DNA from: Amphiscolops sp. MND2022
Lineage: Eukaryota
Assembly (NCBI GenBank): GCA_964187785.1
Contig: OZ076409.1
Span: 17,486,001 to 17,550,000, forward strand
Direction of reading: 5' to 3'
Length of the DNA stretch: 64,000 nt
The notes below the pieces were generated by a model. That model was not told the origin of the DNA. It saw only the letters and a list, made by a program, of their open reading frames with translations, and did not search any database. Of this stretch, positions 24,726 to 37,597 are shown piece after piece (position 1 is the first letter of the stretch; each line of letters starts with the position of its first letter). The position numbers and the translations under genes were made by a program.

Positions 24726-27700
24726 AAGACAACTAATTAGTTTTGACATTGACCGAAAATTGTAGAAGGTCGTATCACGTGACTTTGGTTACGTAATTCG
24801 TACCGTACAGTACTCCCGATTCTAGTACGTTTGACGTGATTGAAGGTATGTAAAAGGGGGCGATTATGGGGACAAATTATGTAAAACGGTAAACACTCCA
24901 ACATTTTATTCCATACTCCCCACCACGGGGGAGCATGGGAGCGAATGGTGCGTAGTTGCAAACAGGTTCTCTATGTAATACTCGGCAGTCGCAGGTTGAC
25001 TGACGAAGTTCTCCAAACGTCCATTTGCCTCACCGAACAATTCCTAAATGCGCGACCTTTATCATCCGTAAGCAACGATCCGACTAAAATCGAAGCCCTT
25101 ACACCGAATCACTTCTTGTTGGGTGGACCTTGTTCTTCTTTCCCATCCTTAGATTCGTGTGACATAAATCATCGCAAGCGGTACGCACGCGCACAAGCGT
25201 ACGCTGATTCAATTTGGTCTCGTTGGCTCCGCGAATATACTCCGAGCTTGAATATGCGTTCGAAATGGTACTCGCCTTAGGATAGAGAACTGAAAGCAAA
25301 CGATCTTGTATGGATTGTTGATGCGCAGAACCCTCGTGGCTACTATCCTCTTGGAAGGATATTGTCTTTAAAATATGGCATCGACGGCATCGCTCGTTCA
25401 GCGGACGTCCAAACCAAAACGGGTACCTACAATCGTCCTGTTGTTAAGCTAGTTCCAGTAATTGATCCAACAACTCTTCCGTGGCCGGAGGATGTTGCTG
25501 ATGCAAAAGTCTCAACGACCTAAAAGACACTTATTTAGTTTTGACATTGACCGAAAATTGTAGTACGTCGTATCACGTGACTTTGGTTACGTAATTCGTA
25601 CCGTACAGTACGCCCGATTCTAGTACGTTTGACTTGATTGAAGGTATGTAAAAGGGGGCGATTATGGGGACAAATTATGTAAAACGGTAAACACTCCAAC
25701 ATTTTATTCCATACTCCCCACCACGGGAGAGCATGGGAGCGAATGGTGCGTAGTTGCAAACAGGTTCTCTATGTAATACTCGGCAGTCGCTGGTTGACTG
25801 ACGAAGTTCTCCAAACGTCCATTTGCCTCACCGAACAATTCCTAAATGCGCGTTTTTTAACATCCGTAAGCAACGATCCGACTAAAATCGAAGCCCTTAC
25901 ACCGAATCACTTCTCACTTCTTGTTGGGTGGACCTTGTTCTTCTTTCCCATCCTTAGATTCGTGTGACATAAATCATCGCAAGCGGTACGCACGCGCACA
26001 AGCGTACGCTGATTCAATTTGGTCTCGTTGGCTCCGCGAATTTACTCCGAGCCTGAATAAGCGTTCGAAATGGTACTCGCCTTACGATAGAGAACTGAAA
26101 GTAAACGATCTTGTATGGATTGTTGATGCGCAGAACCCTCGTGGCTACTATCCTCTTGGAAGGACCTTGTCTTTAAAATATGGCATCAACGGCATCGCTC
26201 GTTCAGCGGACGTCCGAACCAAAACGGCTACCTACAATCGTCCTGTTGTTAAGCTAGTTCCAGTAATTGATCCAACAACTCTTCCGCGCCTGGAGGATGT
26301 TGCTGATGCAAAAGTCTCAACGACCTAAAAGACAACTAATTAGTTTTGACATTGACCGAAAATTGTTGTACGTCGTATCACGTGACTTTGGTTACGTAAT
26401 TCGTACTGTACAGTACTCCCGATTCTAGTACGTTTGACTTGATTGAAGGTATGTGAAAGGGGGCGATTATGGGGACAAATTATGTAAAACGGTAAACACT
26501 CCAACATTTTATTCCAAACTCCCCACCACGGGGGAGCATGGGAGCGAATGGTGCGTAGTTGCAAACAGGTTCTCTATGTAATACTCGGCAGTCGCTGGTT
26601 GACTGACGAAGTTCTCCAAACGTCCATTTGCCTCACCGAACAATTCCTAAATGCGCGACCTTTAACATCCGTAAGCAACGATCCGACTAAAATCGAAGCC
26701 CTTACACCGAATCACTTCTTGTTGGGTGGACCTTGTTCTTCTTTCCCATCCTTAGATTCGTGTGACATAAATCATCGCAAGCGGTACGCACGCGCACAAG
26801 CGTACGCTGATTCAATTTGGTCTCGTTGGCTCCGCGAATATACTCCGAGCCTGAATAAGCGTTCGAAATGGTACTCGCCTTACGATAGAGAACTGAAAGT
26901 AAACAATCTTGTATGGATTGTTGATGCGCAGAACCCTCGTGGCTACTATCCTCTTGGAAGGATCTTGTCTTTAAAATATGGCATCGACGGCATCGCTCGT
27001 TCAGCGGACGTCCGAACCAAATTGGGCACCTACAATCGTCCTGTTGTTAAGCTAGTTCCAGTAATTGATCCAACAACTCTTCCGCGCCCGGAGGATGTTA
27101 CTGATGCAAAAGTCTCAACGATCTAAAAGACAACTAATTAGTTTTGACAATGACCGAAAATTGTTGTACGTCGTATCACGTGACTTTGGTTACGTAATTC
27201 GTACTGTACAGTACTCCCGATTCTAGTACGTTTGACTTGATTGAAGGTATGTGAAAGGGGGCGATTATGGGGACAAATTATGTAAAACGGTAAACACTCC
27301 AACATTTTATTCCAAACTCCCCACCACGGGGGAGCATGGGAGCGAATGGTGCGTAGTTGCAAACAGGTTCTCTATGTAGTACTCGGCAGTCGCTGGTTGA
27401 CTGACGAAGTTCTCCAAACGTCCATTTGCCTCACCGAACAATTCCTAAATGCGCGACCTTTAACATCCGTAAGCAACGATCCGACTAAAATCGAAGCCCT
27501 TACACCGAATCACTTCTTGTTGGGTGGACCTTGTTCTTCTTTCCCATCCTTAGATTCGTGTGACATAAATCATCGCAAGCGGTACGCACGCGCACAAGCG
27601 TACGCTGATTCAATTTGGTCTCGTTGGCTCAGCGAATATACTCCGAGCCTGAATAGGCGTTCGAAATGGTGCTCGCCTTACGATAGAGAACTGAAAGTAA

Positions 27701-28912
27701 ACGATCTTGTATGGATTGTTGATGCGCAGAACCCCCGTGGCTACTATCCTCTTGGAAGGATCTTGTCTTTAAAATATGGCATCGACGGCATCGCTCGTTC
27801 AGCGGACGTCCGAACCAAAACGGGTACCTACAATCGTCCTGTTGTTAAGCTAGTTCCAGTAATTGATCCAACATTTCTTCCGTGCCCGGAGGATGTTGCT
27901 GATGCAAAAGTCTCAACGACCTAAAAGACAATTATTTAGTTTTGACATTGACCGAAAATTGTAGTACCTCGTATCACGTGACTTTGGTTACGTAAGTCGT
28001 ACCGTACAGTACGCCCGATTCTAGTACGTTTGACTTGATTGAAGGTATGTAAAAGGGGGCGATGATGGGGACAAATTATGTAAAACGGTAAACACTCCAA
28101 CATTTTATTCCATACTCCCCACCACGGGGGAGCATGGGAGCGAATGGTGCGTAGTTGCAAACAGGTTCTCTATGTAATACTCGGCAGTCGCAGGTTGAAC
28201 GACGAAGTTCTCCAAACGTACATTTGCCTCACCGAACAATTCCTAAATGCGCGACCTTTAACATCCGTAAGCAACGATTCGACTAAAATCGAAGCCCTTA
28301 CACCGAATCACTTCTTGTTGGGTGGACCTTGTTCTTCTTTCCCATCCTTAGATTCGTGTGACATAAATCATCGCAAGCGGTACGCACGCGCACAAGCGTA
28401 CGCTGATTCAATTTGGTCTCGTTGGCTCCGCGAATATACTCCGAGCTTGAATAAGCGTTCGAAATGGTACTCGCCTTACGATAGAGAACTGAAAGTAAAC
28501 GATCTTGTATGGATTGTTGATGCGCAGACCCCTCGTGGCTACTATCCTCTTGGAAGGATCTTGTCTTTAAAATATGGCATCGACGGCATCGCTCGTTCAG
28601 CGGACGTCCGAACCAAAACGGGTACCTACAATCGTCCTGTTGTTAAGCTAGTTCCAGTAATTGATCCAACAACTCTTCCGCGCCCGGAGGATGTTGCTGA
28701 TGCAAAAGTCTCAACGACCTAAAAGACAATTAATTAGTTTTGACATTGACCGAAAATTGTAGTACGTCGTATCACGTGACTTTGGTTACGTAATTCGTAC
28801 CGTACAGTACTCCCGATTCTAGTACGTTTGACTTGATTGAAGGTATGTAAAAGGGGGCGATTATGGGGACAAATTATGTAAAACGGTAAACACTCCAACA
28901 TTTTATTCCATA
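24116..28912 (+). repeat. Tandem array, 6 units of ~798 bp (integrase C-terminus + PPT + 141 bp of LTR + ~80 bp LINE 3' end)
   Basis: Integrase-tail ORFs at 24147, 24945, 25743, 26548, 27346 and 28144. Period is 798 bp, or 805 bp for the unit with a 7-bp duplication near 25913. Confidence 0.97.
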
Positions 28913-31823
28913 TTGTGGTCGGTCTATATCATTTTCGCATCTTTTCAAAAGAAACAATTTGATACCTTTTTTCATGGTTTCGTATGAGATTTTCTCCTTT
29001 ATCATATTTTTCGGTAGAGTGTTCCACAAGGGTAATGTTTTTTTGAAGAAACAGTTGTGTAGAAAGTCATATCTTATTGTCATAACTGAGTGTTCAGTCT
29101 GTGTTCATTTATGTATCAGTAACTTTGCAGTCGGCAACTTTAGTTTGTTATTAAAAGCTGGAATCAGGTTATTTTTAAATTTCCAAAGGTATGAAAGGCA
29201 TGCATTTAGAGTCTAAAAATATCGGACAGGAAGGATTTTATGTCGTAATTTGAGATTTATTGAATGGCCAACCTTAGGTCTATTGAAACAGGCTTTGATT
29301 CCCTAAATCAACTGTTTTTCGAGAGTTGTAATCAAGTTTTCACTGATGCCAGTTAGTAAGATAGCAGAATGATGTAGGTGACTAAAAACTAAGGCATTGA
29401 GTAGTAATAAACGTGTCGCAATTAGAAAAGGATCACGCATCGCATAAAGTGTTTTGATGCCGGTAGCCATTTTCCAGAGGATGTTTTTCACTTCATCTTG
29501 AAAAATCAAATTCTGGTCCAGATAAACGCCTAAGTATTTCACAGTTGTTGATGTAATGATAATTTGATTTTTAAACTTCAAGGTATGATTCCTGGCAAAA
29601 TCGTTTCTAGATGGTTTACAAAAACAGATAAACTCCATTTCGTCTGCATTGATCGTTAACTGGTGACTCTCGAAGAATTTGACAAGGCATTCTATTGTTT
29701 GTTGTATATTATTACGAGCTTCCGGTAGATCGTTATGTGAACTAAAGATCATCGTATCATCAGCATATTGAATTAAGTTACAACTTTCTATGACAGATTG
29801 ATGCATGTCATTAACATAAATGTTGAAAAGAAGTGGTCCGAGAACTGTCCCTTGTGGAACACCTTGGTATAGTTGAGTCCAATCTGAGTTACATGTGGAT
29901 AATTTAACCAATTGAAATCTTCCAATTAAAAAACTTTTTATCAGTTTGATTGCCTTCTCATCGAAATTAGGATGATGCAATTTTTCAAAAAGGGTTTCAT
30001 GAGACATCGAATTGATTGCTTTGGATAGGTCTAAGAAAGCGGCTGCAGTGCATCGATTGTCACCTAGATCCTTTCTTAAATTTTCCGTAGCGAATAGTAA
30101 TGTATCGTTGCTGAATATTTTGCTCGCAACCCAAATTGCAATGGGCCCAGTAATTTGTTCCTTCCAAGGTGTTCGTTCATTTGTTCTGTTAGAATTTGTT
30201 CGAAAACTTTTGCTAAAGATGTGATCAACATTGCTCTGTAATTATCAGGATCTTCATTCACCCTTTTTATAGATCGGTATTACATGGGCTTGTTTTAGGT
30301 GCTCTGGAAAATAACCTTCTTCAATAAAGACATTTATCATGAAGCAAATAAACTTTAAACAATCTTTCAGCGCCTGAGCTGGGATGTCAGATGGGCAAAA
30401 CGGTTTGTTCTTATTCAAACGTTTCAAATGTTTTTTGCATTCAAATATGCTCATGGGCTGTTTGCAATTCGTTTTTGGTCAGTGACTATGTCGCCGAAAC
30501 TGTTTTTCAGACTGAAAATTTCTGTTTTCTTTCGTTTACTGTTCCTGGTCTCGTTGATGAAATTCCATCTGTCACGTTCAGATTTCAGATTATTGAAATA
30601 TTCAAATTGAAAATCTGAACGATTAGAGTTAATATTTTCTATTAGGATATTTTGAATTTGCTGGTAAGTTAACGACTGTGGTTCCATCTAAGAGTTAATT
30701 TTCTGTTACAAGTTTTTTGTTTTCTCCTTCATCCATTTTTGTTCTATTGTTAGCTTGTTTTTATCATTTCTAATAAAAATTGTTTTATTGGGTGCACATC
30801 GCCGCAATGCTTTTTTATAATATTTGTGAAAACTGTAAACATCCCTTCAGCACAGGTTTGATTGTAAAACAAACACCAGTTGCTGTTACCGATCAATTTT
30901 CTGAGTTCTTCGACTCGGTAGTCTGTTTTATCGAAAAATTCATTTGAGTGTAACTTTTGGAGGTTTATGCATTTCAATTTCCGTAATGATTGATGTCGCA
31001 TAAGGATCGCTCACTTTTCTCTTGATTGTTCTGAGAAGTGTATCGGATATACAGGTTCGTTTACATTCCAGTAGATCTGTAATGATATAGTCGAGAAGAG
31101 ATATGCAATTGCCTTATATTCTTGTGGGTATATATTCATTTGTGATGTTTTATCCATAAGGTATCATAAGTGTGTCTAAACTTTGTTTTTCTTTCTTATT
31201 GAGATAATCCAAGTTGTAGTCTCCCATTAATGTTATGGGTTAATTTCAGTTACCGCATAATCTATGTTTGTTGATAAATCATCTAGAAAAATATTGGGAA
31301 GAACTTTGCTGGGGTTATAACTCACACTTATCAGTTGTTTCTTCCTATTAGATACATCATTGTTGATATTACACTCAATCCATAAACTCTCAAAAAAACT
31401 TTGGATTGAGATTTTTTGGTACAATTATCATTGATCCACCGCCTCTCGTTTTTTGGTAATTTTCGATCGGCTCGGAATGTTTTGAAGTGATCTTTTTTCA
31501 ATTCCCAAAACGTTTCATCGTCACAATTATTTAGACACGTTTCGGTGAGGCCATAAATACAAATTTCTCCAAGATCGCTAATAATGAATTCAATCTGCGT
31601 TTTTTAGTGCAGCATGCTTTGACAGTGTACATGGAAGAATCTGAGTTGTTTCATGTTTCTGGCGATTTGCTCAGTTAAACACTTGAAATTAATACTTGGA
31701 TCAGGATTTATTTCAACATTCCCTGATAGTAGTAGGCGTTGATTCTTTCTATAACTGTTGTAATACTTCAATAGTCTTGTTTTTGTTCGTTTTGTTGTCC
31801 TTTTGTATTTTTTGTTGTCATTT
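28833..31823 (-). pseudogene. Decayed CR1/L2-like LINE ORF2 inserted in the 3' LTR of BEL/Pao 2
   Basis: Endonuclease remnants (HVHCQS, LTET, YNP, MGDYN) and RT motifs (VIPIYKKG, NYR, QFG, GVPQGTVLGPLLFNIY, QYADD, KYLGVYLD). The 3' end ...TCAATCAA abuts the LTR. Confidence 0.9.
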
Positions 31824-32330
31824 TGTATGAGATTTTCTCCTTTATCATATTTCTTGGTTGAGTGTTCCACAAGGGTAATGTTCTTTTAAAGAAACAGTTG
31901 CGTAGAAAGTCATATCTTATTGTCATAACTGAGTGTTCAGTCTGTGTTCATTTATGTATCAGTAACTTTGCAGTCGGCAACTTTAGTTTGTTATTAAAAG
32001 CTGGAATCAGGTTATTTTTATATTTCCAAAGGTATGAAAGGCATTTATAATCTAAAAAATATCGGACAAGATAGATTTTTTGTCGTATTTGGAGATTTGT
32101 TGAATGGTCAAACTTAGGTCTATTGAAACAGGCTTTGATTCCCCAATTCAGCTGTTTTTCGAGAGTTGTAATCAAGTTTTCACTGATGCCAGTAAGTAAG
32201 ATAACAGAATGATGTAGGTGACTAAGAACTAAGGCATTGAGTAATAATAAACGTGTCGCAATTGGAAAAATATCACGTGTCGTATAAAGTGCTTTGATGC
32301 CGGTAGCCATTTGCCGGAGGATGTTTTTCA
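31824..32330 (-). pseudogene. Second, head-to-tail fragment of the same LINE (ORF2 C-terminal part)
   Basis: Diverged direct repeat of ~28983-29490. Confidence 0.88.
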
Positions 32331-35300
32331 TGAATTTTTTTTCATGAATATTTTTTCATTTTTTCATGAATAAAAGGTGCTTTCGTGCTGGGGGGAAAGT
32401 ACGAAACAATGTTTACCCTGGGAATAAGAAACAAGTGAGAAAAAAGCACTTTCTCTCTCGGTGAGAAAAAAGCACTTTTAAGAGCAAAAGTTGTTTTTTT
32501 TTTGGCACAATAGGACCAGAATTTTCATCGAAACAGTCATTATTGAAACATTTTGAAAGTTAGAATAATACTTTTTCAATTCCAAATAGATTCATTTTGT
32601 TTTTCCCGCTCTGAGATTGAGAATCATTCAAAAATAGTTCCTTAAGGTTTGGATGTCCTTCGCGCATTTTGATTCTTAAACGGTGCCGTTTCCGGTTTCT
32701 TTTTGTTCTTGTTTCAAACACAAAATCTAACTATAGTATTTGCAATGTAATGATTGAAACAAGGTCTGACCTTGAAATCAGGTTTAAGTTTTAAAAATGA
32801 AACTGGGTTGTACTTACGTGGAGTTTCTGAAGGAATGCTTTTTGCCAATGTAAACCATTATTGCAAGTAATGAAAAGGCAGCACTGCTTTTCGAAATACA
32901 ATTGATGCGGAGATTATGTAACTACTTGTGGGATTTGAATTTGATGGCTGCGTAATTAATGTTTCGCACGGATTCTTAGGTAATAAGAAGCTGGCAAGCA
33001 CGTCTATGACATGCAGACTGCTCTACAGTGTAGTCCGTATTAGGGAATTATGACTCTTTGTGATGGAATTTCGGGAAAAAGTGAAAAGAGCAAAATTAGG
33101 AGAGGAACACTTCAAACGAGCTCCGAATTCCGAGGGGAGATGAATTGACTTTTGAACTGATTTTATGCATCTGCAAGGTTGCGCCACCATCTCGGGACCA
33201 TTGGGATCAGACGGAACGAAATCATGATTGCGCAATAAGAGTTATTGCGGCCAAAACAGCCAAGTGGCGCAATATTTGGGCGGAAACCGGGAAGACAGTG
33301 AGAGGAAATGAGGGGGAAATTTTTGGAAATTGGAGCGGAAAAATTATGAGTTTTAGAGGAAATTTATCGATCAAAGGTTTTTCTTGCAAAGATATAGCGT
33401 AAATATGAATCATAGGTAGCGAACCAAAATTTTAGCAACGTACTTAAAAATATTTAAGGCGTGATAGTCTGGATTTTTTATGACGTAACATTAAGGTTAG
33501 AACTACATGTATAAGAAGCTGGTATTAAGTGTCCAGATGGTCACAAAAGAACCGTTGAATCTCGGTCGTTGAATCCCAGACATTTGCGGAACCAAGACGT
33601 GTACGATTGAATTATGCACAATTACGCATAGTTCGGTCTTATTAACTATTCATTGCCAAGTGGAGGTATATATAACGAAGGTATATAGGGTATATATAAA
33701 GTGCATATATACATATTTGGATTTTATCTACCCAAAAAAGGGCTTTCAAAGTAAATGGAAAAGATAGCACACAAGGTAAATGTGAAGATGATGGAGACAA
33801 AAAAGTAGTTTTTTTATGGAAATGGAGGAAGAATATTATGAAAGAGAGAAGTGTTTACACAGGTTCGAATCCATTTCTATTCCAAGCATCAATTTCACCA
33901 AGTATCGTCACTTTATTTGTAACAAAATCACACATGCGTGAAACACATGTGCTGGGATATGCAGACCAACAATTACGAAAAAACACGCGTAACTGCTCGG
34001 TCGTTTTTTCTTGTAGAACGACTGAAAGTCAATGGAAAAGTGAAAAAGGAAGGAACAGTATGAAAATTACATGGCAACAACTTGAGCGTTCATTTATAGC
34101 TCTTTTTATGTTGTGGTTGGGTATCTTTTGGTCATAAAACAAATTCAAGGCGAGAACTTTGAAGGAAGTTTGGATCGTAAAACAATAAAACTGTCGACAG
34201 GGAATGATTTTTGGTGCCATCCAGTTTGTCCCACCAAAATGTTTACAGATGAATGCTAATGAAAGAATTTTAATATCAAAACTGACGAACTGAATCTCCC
34301 AGTTCCGCCTTCGACACAAAATTTCTAAAAAATATGGCATGTTCGATTCCGATTTTTCGCGTTTGAGTGAAATTGATTGGCCTAATTGAGTTCATAATTG
34401 AAATCAAGTATTGTCTAGAGGACTATTGTATACCCTCTGGTTACAGGAGGCGGGATTTCTGGTTGTTCATGAACCACCCCCCAAAAACCAATGTCGTAAC
34501 CAAAGCCAATGAACAAGGATAATTATAGAATGGAATATGAAATGAGATTGGGGAATGTCTCGTCAGTGTGGAAGGAACAAGTACCAATTTGGAAAGAACC
34601 TTTTGAATACCAGATGCAATTTCTCCGTGACTAATGACTCTCTGAATGGTTTCTGTTGCAAGCAACTATCAAGAAATTCACTCGAAGTTGATCTAACACC
34701 ACTTTGCTTAGGTTCAAAAATCAGTAATGATTGGTGACCGTTTTTTATATAGCGTTCAACTTAGATTTTGTAAAAGTTTATCATACTAATACACTTTTGT
34801 CCATTGGAGATTGTCTTTGCTGTTAGTATCTTGAAATTGGTAAACTTTAATAAGGATATTTTGCTTTGTATTTGCATCTTAGAACCCCAGTGGAAAAGTT
34901 GGTGGTTGTCATTAAAAACGGAATTACCAACAAAAATTTTCTTTATTTCTTAGAATAAATGCTTGAATGATCAAGACAACAAGGTGCCAGCAAGGTACAA
35001 ATGGTGATTTTCACTTGAACTGTTCAAATTTTCCAATGTAATTTTCTAAAGTTTTCGATCGTTTTGTTAGCATCATTATCCAGAAAAGACAATAAAGAAT
35101 GTTTTTCCGCATACATTTGAATACAGAAAATTGGATTTTTTGTGCATATTTTGACTTATTTCGCCACCATAAGTTTATTTGTTAGGGTCAACTTTTGAAA
35201 ACAAGTTGTTGCTAAAACATTCCTAGATGAAAAGTATCCTGGTAATCAGCGGGCGGCTTGTTTTAATTATTCCCAATTGAACGTGTGTACCCCGTTCGAA

Positions 35301-35750
35301 TCCATTTGTATTTCTGACGAAATGGTGAGTTTTTCAGTAAACTGTTAAACTGTAAAAGCCATGCCGCTTTGATCTCCATTGCTCAGCAAAATATAGCAAC
35401 ATTTAAGTCCAAATATCCTACAATTGTCACTGATTCAACTATCTAATTTGGTCACAAATTGCTAACTACAAATTTTTCAAAGTGCTGCTTAGTGTCAGAA
35501 AAATGTTTGATGTTTGCGAACTAAGCAAAAGATGGGAATATAATTTTTTGGTTAAATTAACTGAAATTTGAGTTCGTCTAAAGTTTATGACTAAGTTCAA
35601 ATTGTTAGAGCTTTTATCGTTCTGAAACTCTTTGTAATCTTTTCAACCCTTTGAATTGTCTGATTTTGAATCGGCTCCAAATAAGAAACTGAACACGTCA
35701 TTTTGTGGCCATGAGCAATACATTGCATGTATCAATATGGCATTGAGTCA

Positions 35751-37597
35751 TGTCGCAGGCTGCCGCCTGTGACGGCACGACAGTAACTACTTCGGCAGTT
35801 GGTCAAGAATACGTGCCCGGAACCTTACCTATTTATTAAGAACTTACAATCGATATCAAACTTTCACGCCATTTTGTTATTTTGTGCATTATGGTCATTG
35901 ATGACGCTCATTTTATATACAATTAGTCTGTTAAATCTAACAATTGGAAATTTCAATCGAGTTGATGGAGTTGTAAGGCGCTAATTTAAAGCGATAGAAA
36001 ATACAATGAAACGAGCGACTGTAAGGCAGTATAGGAAACGAGTTCAAGTGACGTACGGCAATGTACCGGCAGCGTCACTTGAGCACGTTACCTTAACCAA
36101 TCATATCGCAGTATGCAATCTCGTTTGTTGTTGCTATTTAATTAATGGCCGAGTAAGGCCAGTTGCCGCGTTTTTAATATTCTCTTTTGGTACACTGGTC
36201 AAATGGCCGGTTCCGTCCCATTAGTTCAAGACTGAAATAAGGTGATAATTTAACATGAAACAAGTCATGTTTGTTGAGTTTGTGTTTTCATAATAGCCAG
36301 ATCTCTGTTCATAACTGATGCTTCGCCTTAATACTCAACCTTTTGCTAGGCCCTTAAGGCCATATTTCATTAGTACTTGCCTATTAATTAGCCGGCTATT
36401 TCCGGCCATTGAGATTGTTACGTTCCTTTGAAAAGTGATGCAGTACATATATTTGGGGCTAATCGGTTAATCAACGCATATAATTATTAATATGGCAATT
36501 GGCCGTATTAGGCCTAATAACATGATGTGCTTCACACTGTTGCAAAGCTAATTTTAGGTCACGTGGTGGCACGTGCCTGAAAGGAATGTGTGCAATGTTA
36601 TTTATATTCATGATGAGTACTAGTTCCTTTGATAGACGGAAATTTCATTTGATGCACTAGTAAATATTTTGATGCCGCCTTTGATGAATGAATAGTTGTG
36701 ATTGTAAAATGTTAGGAATTTTCCCAATCGGGACATCACCCTAAAATAGTTGCTTTGAAGTATTAATACCCGATGCCGTAATAATATTTGTCACATGACC
36801 CGTTGAGGACATAACCACATGATATTATCTTGATCAAAGAATCCGTGGAATGTAAGTGTCATCTTTCAGGAGTATATATAGTTACTTTCCTGCAAAGGGA
36901 CACACAATTTCCATAACCTTGCTTTGATAAAGATTGATTTATTACAACGACGTTTGTCAGTTTTCCGGTTTTAATAATTGAATTATTCAACCCGGTTCAG
37001 TTTCAATGCCTACCACAAGGAAACAAAAGAAAGCGAGAAAATCAAGAGAGGCAGAAATGTTGTCAGATATTGAGAATTTAGACATAATGCTTGGAGGAAC
37101 TCATTATAATAGAAATGAAAGAAGTGAGAGTCTAAATAGCAACCAGGCCAGAAGACCTGGTAGTCCTTTTGGCGACGAATTTGAAAATGAGGATGAAAAT
37201 AGGTTATCTAACTCTGAGAACAATGGACCTAGTCCAAATGCCGAACTAGGCCAGAACTCAGCTAGAGGTAGTTCTAACGCCGAGATCAACAGACTGTCGA
37301 GTGAGTTGAATTCCCGTATATCTCGGGAGATGGATGAGATGATGAACAGCGTCAGTGTGCAGATTCAAAGAGCTATAAGTGAGGCAATTAGTAATCAAGT
37401 TCTTCCCCAGATTCAAAATGCCCTTATGACCGATTCTGGACATATGACCAAAGAGAGATGGAACGTTCCGTCTGAGAGACCGGAAGGATATTCTGAAGTT
37501 CTGCGTAATTCGGACTCAAGAAACAATTTGAAGAGTAAGACACTTGGTGACCGTCAGAAGGACGGATTCACATTACCGGACACCCGTGCTTACGACA
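35751..37597 (+). repeat. 5' LTR (1847 bp)
   Basis: Matches 50187-52033. Five substitutions seen by eye (35759, 36175, 36999, 37100, 37295). TATA-like TATATATA near 36873. Confidence 0.97.

Larger units (their letters stand above)
16721..28832 (+). mobile_element. BEL/Pao LTR retrotransposon 2 (decayed; 3' end amplified and interrupted by a LINE)
   Basis: 5' LTR starts TGTTGCTGATGC at 16721. The same sequence follows a CCGGAGGA purine tract at 24695 and in each later repeat unit. Gag-PR-RT-RH-IN lies between. Confidence 0.9.

Noticed and set aside
24737..28160. Repeated 74-aa minus-strand ORFs
   Set aside because: Chance frame across the chimeric LTR-LINE-integrase junction, copied with the array.
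32380..35745. Possible host exons or promoter in the non-repetitive stretch
   Set aside because: Only short ORFs and isolated splice-like sites (e.g. a minus-strand donor near 32817); no coherent gene model.
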